Translations under genes and position numbers: made by a program
Shown here: positions 1 to 9,082 of the stretch, one piece after another
Position numbering within the stretch: the stretch's first letter is position 1
Layout of the letters: the number at the start of each line of letters is the position of its first letter
Notes under the pieces: generated by a model
What the model was told of the DNA's origin: nothing
What the model saw: the letters and a program-made list of their open reading frames with translations, nothing else
The model's database searches: none
NCBI RefSeq assembly: GCF_006345805.1
Contig: NW_021836884.1
Span: forward strand, 1-22,785
DNA length: 22,785 nucleotides
Direction of reading: 5' to 3'
Source: Octopus sinensis
Taxonomy: Eukaryota

Positions 1-150
1 CAGTGACCCCAATGCATAGCTGGTACTTATTTTATCAGCTCCGAAGGACAAAAGGCTAGGTCAGCCTCAGTGGAATTCAAACTTGGAGTTTAAGGACTGA
101 TGAAATGTTGCCAAGCATTTTGTCTGGTACCAGTGATGTTTCTACCAGCG
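1..150 (-). mobile_element. Degenerate SINE family B copy
   Basis: Reverse complement aligns by eye to the family B copies at 4169-4378 and 17503-17733 (AAATGCTT head, TTGAATTCC B-box-like, GATAAAATAAGTACCAG body). Confidence 0.65.
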
Positions 151-157
151 CACCACC

Positions 158-158
<1 letters not shown>

Positions 159-192
<34 letters not shown>

Positions 193-204
193 CATCATCA
201 TCAT
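159..204. repeat. (AAT)n followed by (CAT)n microsatellite
   Basis: Direct reading. The (CAT)n part is the reverse complement of the (GAT)n tail of the adjacent family C element. Confidence 0.95.
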
Positions 205-380
205 TTAACGCCCGCTTTCCATGCTAGCATGGGTTGGACGATTTTGACTGAGGGCTGGCGAATCAGATGGTTGCACCAGGCTCCAATCTTGATTTGGCAG
301 AGTTTCTACAGCTGGCTGCCCTTCCTAACGCCAACCACTCCAAGAGTGTAGCGGGTGCTTTTTACGTGCCACCGGCACGG
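192..380 (-). mobile_element. SINE family C, 3' part with (GAT)n tail
   Basis: Reverse complement of 20120-20303 (GGCGTTAGGAAGGGCA.CCAGCTGTAGAAAC ... CCATGCTAGCATGGAAAGC ... TTAAATGATGATG). Confidence 0.85.
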
Positions 381-382
381 AC

Positions 383-598
383 CATTCTTTTATTGGCTAC
401 TAGGGCTAACATGAAGGCAACATGAAATGACAAAACAGGACAGTACAAAGGGGTTTAGAACATGTAAGTAAAATAACAGAGAAAAAACAAAGCTCCCAAT
501 AGGGGGAGGCGCTTTAAGGCTACTCGTGGAAAAACCCACAAAAGCCACGGGTGCCTGACCAATAGGGCAAGAGCCCTTCTTCTATTTCTTCACATGTG
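383..598 (-). mobile_element. Possible 3' end/UTR of a LINE (L1/Tx1-like)
   Basis: Minus strand is pyrimidine-rich and ends in AATAAAAG (plus 387-394 CTTTTATT), wedged between SINE fragments. No ORF evidence; resemblance only. Confidence 0.3.
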
Positions 599-1111
599 TA
601 AGACAAACGAAATCCCGCTAAGCATTTTTTTTTTCTACTCTAGGCACAAGGCCCGAAATTTTTGGGAAGGGGTGAGAGAAGATGAAAGGCGAAGATAACC
701 TTGGTAAAACTTAAAACCCAATCATAACAATATTTATTTTTAATCCTTTCCTTCCTGATAAATTAAATTTCCTTTCTATTTCCCCCCTTTTTTTTTATCT
801 TGAAAATGTTATGGTCGTTTTTTTTTTTTTTAACCCCCTCAAATCATTTTCAGATATATATTTTTTTTAATTTGTCAATTTAATTGATTGCAATTAAATT
901 TTTAGATTAAAGAATTTTCAGATTGATTAATGTCCATCAGGTGCAAAACCCGTTTTATTTCTATTTAAAATTTACCACTCAGGATATTATTATGGATTCT
1001 CATATTTTTTAGCCACAGTAATTCTGTGTAGCAGAGTTAGTGGACAGAGCCTTTAGGTGGCTGCTTGATCTGCTAGAAATAGCAACCAAATTTCCTTACA
1101 TACACACACAT

Positions 1112-1320
1112 CTTTTATCTTTTACTTGTTTCAGTCATTGGATCATGGCCGTGCTGGGGCACAGCCTTGAAAGGTTTAGTAAAACAAATTAATCTCAGTA
1201 TTTATTTTCCAGTCTGGTACTTATGCTGGTCTCTCTGCTGAACTGCTAAATTACAGGGATGTAAACAAACCAACACCAGTTGTCAAGCAGTGGTAGGACA
1301 CACACACACACATACACACA
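1112..1320 (-). mobile_element. SINE family A, 3' half, diverged
   Basis: CTTTTACTTGTTTCAGTCATT...GGCC.TGCTGG...GTAAACA..CCA...GTTGTCAAGC matches the reverse complement of the tails at 6277-6683 and 15131-15543. Confidence 0.8.
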
Positions 1321-1880
1321 CCTTTATCATGTTTCAGTTGTTTGGCTGCTACCATGCTGGAGCAACCGGACTTCTTACTATTTCTAACTCCCAAATCCAC
1401 CCACAAAGCTATTTTTTTCTTGAAGATAGTAGTGTGATTTTACGCTGGTCTCTGTCTGCTGAACTGCTGAATTACAGAGATGTAAACAAACCAACACCGG
1501 TTGTGAAGCAGTGGTAGGACACACACACACACACCTTTATCATGTTTCAGTTGTTGGGCTGCTGCCATACTGGAGCAACCGGACTTCTTACTATTTCTAA
1601 CTCCCAAATCCATCCACAAAGCTTTTTTTTTTTTTTCTTGAAGATAGTAGTGTGATTTTACGCTGGTCTCTCTGCTGAACTGCTGAATTACAGAGATGTA
1701 AACAAACCAACACCGGTTGTCAAGCAATGGTAGGACACACACACACATACACACACCTTTATCATGTTTCAGTTGTTGAGTTGCTGCCATGCTGGAGCAA
1801 CCGGACTTCTTACTATTTCTAACTCCCAGATACACCCACAAAGCTTTTTTTTTCTCTTGAAAGATAGTTGTGTGATTTTA
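1221..1880. repeat. Tandem triplication, ~220-bp unit
   Basis: Units 1221-1439, 1440-1657 and 1658-1880 each start TTA(T/C)GCTGGTCTC and contain GTAAACAAACCAACACC, (CA)n and GGAGCAACCGGACTTCTTACTATTTCTAACTCCC. Confidence 0.95.
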
Positions 1881-2271
1881 GTGAAGTTTGACTGCTATTT
1901 TAAGCGAGTTAAGCAACCATGTGGAACAGGACAGGGGAGTGCAATTTTTTTTTTTACTTTTTCTTCCTTTTTCTTTTTTTTTTTTAAAGCAATTGTAAGG
2001 CAGGGTGGTGAATTAGCAGTAGTACATAGTGGCCCATTTAGTGCCTGTCTGTGCTGAGAAATATCACAGTCGTTCTCCTGTTGTCGATTCCAGATGAAGG
2101 CTCTACTGCTTCCTGTCGAACAAGCTGCACAGATGATTTGTTGATAGTGAACGAATGTTGGTGCTACGCCACATGTTGGCTTAGCCTTCTCCCTCCATCA
2201 AATCAACGTTGCTTTACAACTGTGCACCGTATGTCACTCGCCTCATGTCGAAGTGAGATGAAGTAGTTTTG

Positions 2272-3146
2272 CTCAACTATAACAACTTACCACTTGCTCC
2301 AGGAATCGAACCTGCAGTCTCACAATCACGAGTACAACTCCTTAACCCCTAGACTAACTTGTTAATTGTAAAAATTCCTAGGTTCGTAACTTGTATTCAA
2401 TTATGCAGGCTCTACTACACAACATACCACTCGCTCCAGGAATCGAACCTGCAGTCCCACAATCACGAGTGCAACTCCTTAACCCCTAGACTAACTTGTT
2501 AATTGTAAAAATTCCTAGGTGTGTAACTTGTATTCAATTATGCAGGCTCAACTACACAACATACCACTCGCTCCAGGAATCGAACCTGCAGTCCCACAAT
2601 CACGAGTGCAACTCCTTAACCCCTAGACAGACTTGTTAATTGTAAAAATTCCTAGGTGTGTAACTTGTATTCAATTATGCAGGCTCAACTACACAACATA
2701 CCACTCGCTCCAGGAATCGAACCTGCAGTCCCACAATCATGAGTGCAACTCTTTAACCCTTAGACAGACTTGTTAATTGTAAAAAATTCCTTTGTGTGTA
2801 ACTTGTATTAAATCATGCAGGCTCAACTACACAACATACCACTCGCTCCAGGAATCGAACCTACAACTCCACAATCACGAGTGCAACTCCTTAACCCCTA
2901 GACTATGCACCCTCGCTGCTGAGAAATATAATAACTTGTTAATTGTAAAAATTCCTAGGTGTGTAACTTGTATTAAATTATGCAGGCTCAACTACACAAC
3001 ATACCACTCGCTCCAGGAATTGAACCCATGATCTTCCAATCACGAGTGTGATTCCTTAATTACTTAACTACGCACCCTCACTGCTGAGAAATATAACGAT
3101 TCTTTAATTGTAGAAATTCCTAGGTTTGTAACTTGTATTAAATTAC
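2272..3146 (-). repeat. 137-bp satellite (~6 units) derived from a tRNA-type SINE head
   Basis: GCTCCAGGAAT at 2296, 2433, 2570, 2707, 2845, 3010 (periods 137, 137, 137, 138, 165). Minus strand of the units reads TAGTCTAGGGG (A-box-like) and GGTTCGATTCC (B-box). Confidence 0.9.
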
Positions 3147-3569
3147 TGCTTAGCGCCTAACCAACCCTTTCAGCTCCAACCGGTGCAAAACTGCCTGTAG
3201 TTAAGTGTTTAGAATATTAATTAAAAAGCTGCAATTAAAATCTCGTTAAAATATGATATGGTGACATTTCAGTTGGTCAATGTCAACATAATATTTATAT
3301 ACCGACGTATATCAAATTACAGTTTTTTTTTATTAAACCCATTATGAATGTTGATTATATTCAAAATCATTTGAAACACATGGCCAGTTTACACATTGCA
3401 AATATAATCCCTTAAGGGTTTAGGCTTAAACCTTCCCCACTTCCATATAAGGTTTTAGATTTTTGTCAGCAGGTGCTCTGAATGTTGAACATGAACAAGG
3501 GATTGAATAGTAGCCCTCCAAGACACATTTGTAACATTGATTTTTGGTTTTTCTTTTTGAGAGAATGAC

Positions 3570-3900
3570 TCCAGTATGGCCATGTCGTTAAGAAGCTTAC
3601 TTCCCGATCACATGGTTTAGGGTTCAGTCCCACTGTGTGACACTTTAGGCAAGAGTATTCATTCTACTATTGCCCCAGGCTGGCCAAAGCCTTGTGAGTG
3701 AATTTGGTGGATTGAAAACGAATAGTACCTGTAATTCAAAGGGCCAGCCTTGTCACATTCTGCGTCTTGCCGAGAACTATGTGAAAGGTATGCATGTCTG
3801 TGGAGTACTCAGCCACTTGCATGTTAATTTCACAAGCAGGCTGTTCCATTGATCGGATCAACTGGAACCTTCGCCGTCGTAACCGAAACGGTGCCAGTAA
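3570..3900 (+). mobile_element. Diverged SINE with family A head and a different body/tail
   Basis: CACATGGTT.AGGGTTCAGTCCCACTG...CCAAAGCCTTGTGAGTG matches the family A head; downstream GTACCTGTAATTCAAAGGGCCAGCC...GATCGGATCAACTGGAACC differs from the family A tail. Confidence 0.6.
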
Positions 3901-4049
3901 ATAAACTATGTATGCATATGTGTTTATGTCTGTGTGTCCTTGATAGTTGTAATATGAATGTCGCTGTTAACTGTAATACGAGCAATATCATTCATTTCTT
4001 AATACTCTGCAAGAACATGTCTGGCTGTGTGGGGGGAGGGGATATTACC

Positions 4050-4160
4050 TTGCCTGGAAATCAGTGAGTTTTGGTTGCGAAAAGGGCATCTGACTATAAA
4101 AAATCCGTCTTAAGAAATTCTCTCCAACCAATGCAAGCATTGAAAAGTGGATGTTATAAC
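4050..4160 (+). mobile_element. Degenerate SINE family C tail
   Basis: AAGGGCATCTGACTATAAAA...CCAACCAATGCAAGCATTGAAAAGTGGATGTTA parallels 20165-20285. Confidence 0.6.
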
Positions 4161-4168
4161 TTGTTTAT

Positions 4169-4378
4169 TTAGCATGCCGGGCGAAATGCTTTGCGGTATT
4201 TCGTCTGTCGTTACGTTGTGAGTTCAAATTCCACCGAGGTCGACTTTGCCTTTCATCCTTTCAGGGTCGATAAATAAAGTACTAGTTGCGCACTGGGGTC
4301 GATGTAATCGACTTAATCCCTTTGTCTGTCCTTGTTTGTCCTCTCTATGTTTAGCCCCTTGTGGGCAATAAAGAAATA
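4169..4378 (+). mobile_element. SINE family B (5'-truncated)
   Basis: GAGTTCAAATTCC B-box, GACTTTGCCTTTCATCCTTTC.GGGTCGAT body, GGGGTCGATGTAATCGAC, tail CCCCTTGTGGG..ATAAAGAAATA; near-identical to 17503-17733. Confidence 0.9.
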
Positions 4379-4660
4379 TATTAAGTGTCCTCCAATCAGT
4401 GGACACGACATGTGACATTTTTCACTCCCACATCAACAGGATTTTTTTAAAGCATCAAACTGTTATGGAGGTCCCTTTCAGTAAAATAGGAATGAAAGGG
4501 GTCCATAGGTGAAAACTGGTTGAACCACTGGTGTAGCCAAACAAATTAAGCCCTGTAATTATTCCTTTTAAAGTTAGGTACTTACTCCATCAATCTTTTT
4601 TTGCCAAACCTGTGTTATGGGGCCATAAGCATATCAAGCAGAGAAGTGACCTACACAAAG

Positions 4661-4691
<31 letters not shown>

Positions 4692-4850
4692 ACTATATAT
4701 ACGCAATAGGCTTCTACACAGTTTCCGTCTACCAGATTCACTTACATGGCATTGGTCAGCCCGGAGCTATAATAGGAAACTCTTGCCTAAGGTGCCTGCC
4801 TTGTGGTGGTACTGAACCCCAAACCATGTGGTTGCAACATAAGCGTCTTG
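4661..4850 (-). mobile_element. SINE family A head fragment with (CA)n
   Basis: CAGTTTCCGTCTACCA...CTGAACCCC.AACCATGTGGTTG is the reverse complement of the family A head. Confidence 0.75.
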
Positions 4851-5861
4851 CTCCTATTTGTCATCGCAGTGGAAAAGTACGAGTGGCACAGGCGTCACTT
4901 CACCATTTATTTTATTATTTGCCGTCAGAAAATAAATAAAAGAAATCCAGTAATTTAGGAAATATAATATTTCATCTAGTGTATCAGTTTCCTGTGGCTG
5001 CGCATTTCACTATGTAAACAGTTATCCATCATGAGAGCGCCATCGTTTCACCGAGACAGTGAGAATTTAAAGTGTCGTATGGTCTGTGCAGTTGCTTTGT
5101 GAACTGTTGGAATTTTTCGTCAGATTCTGTTGAAAAATGATGCATTGTACTAGTAAACAAGCCTAGCATAGCTGTCACTCGCAGGCGAATGTGACTTGGC
5201 GAACATGTGTTCTGTTTTGGCTAACTGCTTTAAGGTGCCTGTGTGGTCGTGAGCAGACATAGACACTGTCTTAATCCTTTCCATCCTTGTCCCAGCTGAG
5301 CATTGAGGATGTGACAGCTAAAGGGAAAGAGGCCTTCATCAGCACCATTGCTGGCGCTCATTTTCATTTCAGCCAAACAGATGGGAGCAATGTAAAACGA
5401 AGTGCTTTGCTCACAGAGTTAATGTATTTCCCGGTCCAGAAATTGAATTCATGAGTTCATAGTTCTCTTCTTTATAAACCCTTTGCCCCCTATTGAGCAG
5501 AGGCCATCAATGAGTTGTTTCTCTCCCAGCTCTTGTATGTTTTTAGTTGTCATTGAGGCTTCTCTAACATTGCTTTTTTCCTGGTAGGTTTGTTGGCTCT
5601 ACACAAACTGCTTACTTCTAGGAAGAAGTGGTTCATATTATTCTGGCATATATTCTTTGATCTGTCCAACAAGGAGAGGCCCTGTCATTAGATATTGCTC
5701 CACTGGCATCATAACTCTCAGGTTCATCGGGCATATGAGCCACCACACTTCAACAACAAGTAGATTTTAAGGTGGGCCTCCAACTATTCTGTTTTTAGGG
5801 AGAAAGTCTTGTCAAATAAGTGTGTGTGTGTATGAGTGTATATATATAAAATATATATATA

Positions 5862-6158
5862 TTTTTTTTTCTTGACCGACCAGGCTATCATGTTGCTACA
5901 CATCGCTGGTCATAATGCGCATTGTTTTAGCCTTCAAGTGACGCCACCCCGCTGGCTAAGCGAGCAGGCCAACAGAAGAAAGAGTGAGAGGAAGTTGTGG
6001 CGAAAGAGTACAGCAGGGATCACCACCACCCCCTGCTGGAGCCCCGTGGAGCTTTAGGTGTTTTCGCTCAGTAAACACTCACAATGCCCGGTCTGGGAAT
6101 CGAAACCACGATCCTACGACTGCGAGTTCGCTGCCCTAATCACCGGGCCATTGCGCCT

Positions 6159-6162
<4 letters not shown>
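5862..6162 (-). mobile_element. SINE family D, full length with A-tail
   Basis: Minus strand: GTGGAGGCGCAATGGCCCGGTG (A-box-like), GTTTCGATTCCC (B-box), body TGAGCGAAAACACCTAAAGCTCCACG, poly(A) at plus 5862-5870. Head shared with 20660-20942. Confidence 0.85.
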
Positions 6163-6214
<52 letters not shown>

Positions 6215-6225
6215 CACACACACAC
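6161..6225. repeat. (CA)n microsatellite
   Basis: Direct reading. Confidence 0.95.
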
Positions 6226-6276
6226 ATTTTAATATATTATATATTCTATAATTATAAAGATAAATATATAATATTA

Positions 6277-6683
6277 GGCGCAGGAGTGGCTGTGTGGTAA
6301 GTAGCTTGCTAGCCAAACCACATGGTTCCAGGTTCAGTCCCACTGCGTGGTTATCTGGGCAAGTGTCTCTGCTATAGCCCCCGGGCCGACCAATGCCTTG
6401 TGAGTGGATTTGGTAGACGGAAACTGAAAGAAGCCTGTCGTATATATGTATATATATATATATGTGTGTGTGTGTGTCGTGTTGTTTGTCCCCTAGCACT
6501 GCTGACAACCGATGCTGGGTGTGTGTACGTCCCCGTCACTTAGCGGTTCGGCAAAAGAGACCGATAGATAAGTAAGTACTGGGCTTACAAAGAATAAGTC
6601 CCGGGGTCGATTTAGCTCGATTAAAGGCGGTGCTCTCAGCATGGCCGCAGTCAAATGACTGAAACAAGTAAAAGAGTAAAGAG
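6277..6683 (+). mobile_element. SINE family A, full length
   Basis: GGCGCAGGAGTGGCTGTGTGGTAAG (A-box), GGTTCAGTCCC (B-box-like), internal (TA)n(TG)n, tail GGCGGTGCTC.AGCATGGCCGCAGTCAAATGACTGAAACAAGTAAAAGAG; several near-identical copies in the window. Confidence 0.92.
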
Positions 6684-6716
<33 letters not shown>

Positions 6717-6768
6717 ATATAATATATATTATATATATCTATACAATATGTTACATACTCGGTAGTCA

Positions 6769-6831
6769 AGATAAAACTCTGAGTTTCAGATGCCGAAGTG
6801 GAAATCCACAACACCATCTCTTCGGTTATCT
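6769..6831 (-). ncRNA. Hammerhead-ribozyme-like motif (type I), inverted copy
   Basis: Exact reverse complement of 7164-7226. Confidence 0.55.
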
Positions 6832-7163
6832 GGCTATTTAGCCAGATAACGAAGAGATGGTGTTGTGGATTTCCACTTCGGCATCTGAAACTCAGAGTTT
6901 TATCTTGACTACCGAGTAATGTAACATATTGTATAGATAAATTTCCTCTATTTACATAATATTGAGGTCTCTTTCTTTCTTTTGTTATCTTACCGTTTTA
7001 TCAATAAATCACCTCCCGGACGACGTTATTCTCAACTAAGAGCTAATACGACCTTTTGGGGATTATCGCTTAACATCGGTTGAGGACTCTCACAAACAAA
7101 AGAATCTAATATGGACGCATATCACATAGATTATTCTATGAAAAATATAGTCTTCAAATAGCC

Positions 7164-7226
7164 AGATAACCGAAGAGATGGTGTTGTGGATTTCCACTTC
7201 GGCATCTGAAACTCAGAGTTTTATCT
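7164..7226 (+). ncRNA. Hammerhead-ribozyme-like motif (type I, variant core)
   Basis: Stem I AGATAA(7164-69)/TTATCT(7221-26); core CCGAAGA(7170-76); stem II GATG(7177-80)/CATC(7203-06); extra T; GAAA(7208-11); stem III ACTC/GAGT with 1-nt loop; GUU triplet, predicted cut after 7220. Deviations from consensus: U4 to C, and an extra U before G12. Confidence 0.55.
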
Positions 7227-7364
7227 TGACTACCGAGTAATGTAACATATTGTATAGATAAATTTCCTCTATTTACATAATATTGAGGTCTCTTTCTTTC
7301 TTTTGTTATCTTACCGTTTTATCAATATATATATATATATATATATATAAAGCTGTGGATGTCT

Positions 7365-7536
7365 TGTCCAACTTGTTTTATGTTTAGACCAGATAAATCT
7401 GGCTTCTCATTGACGTTCTAAAAATAACAATCATCATTAAAATCTTGATGCTACAAGATAACAAATGATAAGCTAAAAGCAATGAGAACAAATAAGCATT
7501 GCATTTGACAGAGTAGTCTGAATGCTGAAGGGTTAA
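7365..7536 (-). mobile_element. Truncated piggyBac-type MITE (same family as 10725-10943)
   Basis: Ends TCTGAATGCTGAAGGG|TTAA; reverse complement aligns with 10721-10900. Confidence 0.65.
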
Positions 7537-7815
7537 GCCTTGTAGTTAAATATAACTTGAGGATTAGCCTTGGCATAAATAGACATCACTATATCTTCTG
7601 GCGTACAAATCGACATAGTATATATAGTGGAAACAGTCAAACGTTGCTGCTATCTTTCCAAATGTCGGTGCATTTCACATGAAAGTTTTTCGTCCCCTGA
7701 AGTTGTCTTCTAGGTGTGTAAGTCAACCTACCTGTTTCGACTGTGAATTCTGGTCTGAAGACTTTGACTTGCAAGCCGGAAATTATATTGGGTTGTCTGG
7801 AAAGTTCGTGCCAAT

Positions 7816-8130
7816 TTTTAAAAGAAAAAAAAAGGTCAATAAATCACCAAATTTATATGAACCATTTTGTTGCACAATGCGTCTCCATCTTTCCTTTCAC
7901 TTGAAAATATGCTCTTCCCAGAATTGAGGTGGTTTCATGGCAAAGAATTCATCAAGATATCTTTTAAAGGAAAGAAAAAGGTCAATAGATACTTGCCATT
8001 AAATTTTTAATCAACCAAATTTATATGAACCATTTTGTTGCACAATGCGTCTCCATCTTCCCTTTAGCTTGAAAATACCCTCTTCCCAGAATTGAGATGG
8101 TTTCATGGCAAAGAATTCATCAAGGTATCT
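7816..8130. repeat. Tandem duplication of the transposase 3' end inside the mariner
   Basis: About 7816-7961 repeats about 7962-8130 (CCAAATTTATATGAACCATTTTGTTGCACAATGCGTCTCCATC...GGTTTCATGGCAAAGAATTCATCAAG), with several substitutions and a ~20-bp deletion. Confidence 0.9.
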
Positions 8131-8320
8131 TTTTATGTCATCCAAGGAATTGAAATTTTTACCATTAAGACTATTCTGCAGAGACCTGAATAAGTGAAAA
8201 TCCTAAGGAGCAATATCTGGTGAATATGGAGGGTGGGGTAACACATCCCAGCTGAGCTACAGCAATTTTTGTCTGGTCCCAAAGCATCAAGTGCCAAAAA
8301 TGAATTTTCTTATCTTCCAT
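8011..8320 (-). pseudogene. Mariner transposase remnant (N-terminus fused out of frame to C-terminus)
   Basis: ATG at 8320 gives MEDKKIHFWHLMLW. Codons 8277-8011 give TRQKLL*LSWDVLPHPPYSPDIAP*DFHLFRSLQNSLNGKNFNSLDDIKRYLDEFFAMKPSQFWEEGIFKLKGRWRRIVQQNGSY, carrying the mariner YSPDxAPxD motif and two in-frame stops. Confidence 0.93.
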
Positions 8321-9019
8321 TTTAAAGGGTTACAGAATTAACACAGATTGTAGGAACATAAACTGTCTTTAAGATATCTTAAACTGTGCTCTAAATGGAG
8401 GTGTAGTGAAATCCTATTTTATGGACTCAACCATGTTCTAAAATAAGTCGTAAGGTAAGCTACTATAAATTGGCACAAACTTTCTGGACAACCCAATAGT
8501 AATAAAAAAACCAGGTGCTAGTTAATTATTGGGGTCGAAGACATCAACTAACTTCACTGAAAAGATTGTTAGTTTTGTGCTTGTTTGTGTGCATGTGTTG
8601 GTGTTGGTACAGATCAGTGCGTTTGAAAGTGGCGCGTTGAAAGAATAGGTTAGTGGGTTTGAAACGGTGCACCGCGAGGGGTATCCAGTTGCACTGCATG
8701 TTTTTAAAAATACAATTCAGAGGTTTTAGAAAAATCAATATTTAAAGCTTGAACGTCTCTTGGCGGTGGGGCGGGGTGGTGGTGGGTGGTGGAAGAAAAA
8801 GTCAAAGGAAATAAGTTGTTTTCGTTATACAAAAGTATGATTAATGAAACAACATAGGCAATATTTTTGTGTATATATTTTTAAAATTTAAATTATTTAT
8901 TTTTTTTAACATTTCATGCCAAATGTGCCAGGGATATATATATATTTTGTTTTGGGGTTTTTTGAAAAAAATTTTTGTTTTGGGGTTTTTTGAAAAAAAC
9001 TCAATTTTATGAAATTTTG

Positions 9020-9082
<63 letters not shown>

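Larger units (their letters stand above)
6736..7327. mobile_element. Tandem plus inverted repeat element in (TA)n; Penelope-like terminal repeat or retrozyme-like
   Basis: Palindrome with arms 6736-6836 and 6839-6939 (TT spacer). Direct repeats 6839-7006 and 7159-7327 (period 320) differ by a single 1-bp indel. Flanked by TA-rich microsatellite on both sides. The structure is certain; the class is inferred. Confidence 0.7.
7788..8496 (-). mobile_element. Internally deleted mariner (Tc1/mariner, DD34D type) transposon
   Basis: 30-bp TIRs TTGGGTTGTCTGGAAAGTTCGTGCCAATTT vs TTGGGTTGTCCAGAAAGTTTGTGCCAATTT (27/30); TA at 7786-7787 and 8497-8498; transposase remnants inside. Confidence 0.95.

Noticed and set aside
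100-351. 83-aa ORF with poly-N and poly-H
   Set aside because: Read-through of (AAT)n(CAT)n and two SINE fragments.
2085-2130. Possible third hammerhead (CAGATGA-A-GGC...GTC-GAAC)
   Set aside because: Two core mismatches (U4 to A, GAAC for GAAA), weak stem II, and no convincing stems I or III; at most a decayed relic.
2272-3146. CRISPR-like array or tRNA gene cluster
   Set aside because: Units are contiguous with no unique spacers, the context is eukaryotic, and acceptor and anticodon stems do not form; these are SINE-head derivatives.
5617-5770. Open stretch with LRFIGHM resembling the RTE-LINE LRFAGH motif
   Set aside because: Single short motif with non-matching context; not enough to call.
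7750-7785. CTGAAGA...GGAAA hammerhead-like motif
   Set aside because: No stem II closing next to GAAA and no stems I or III.
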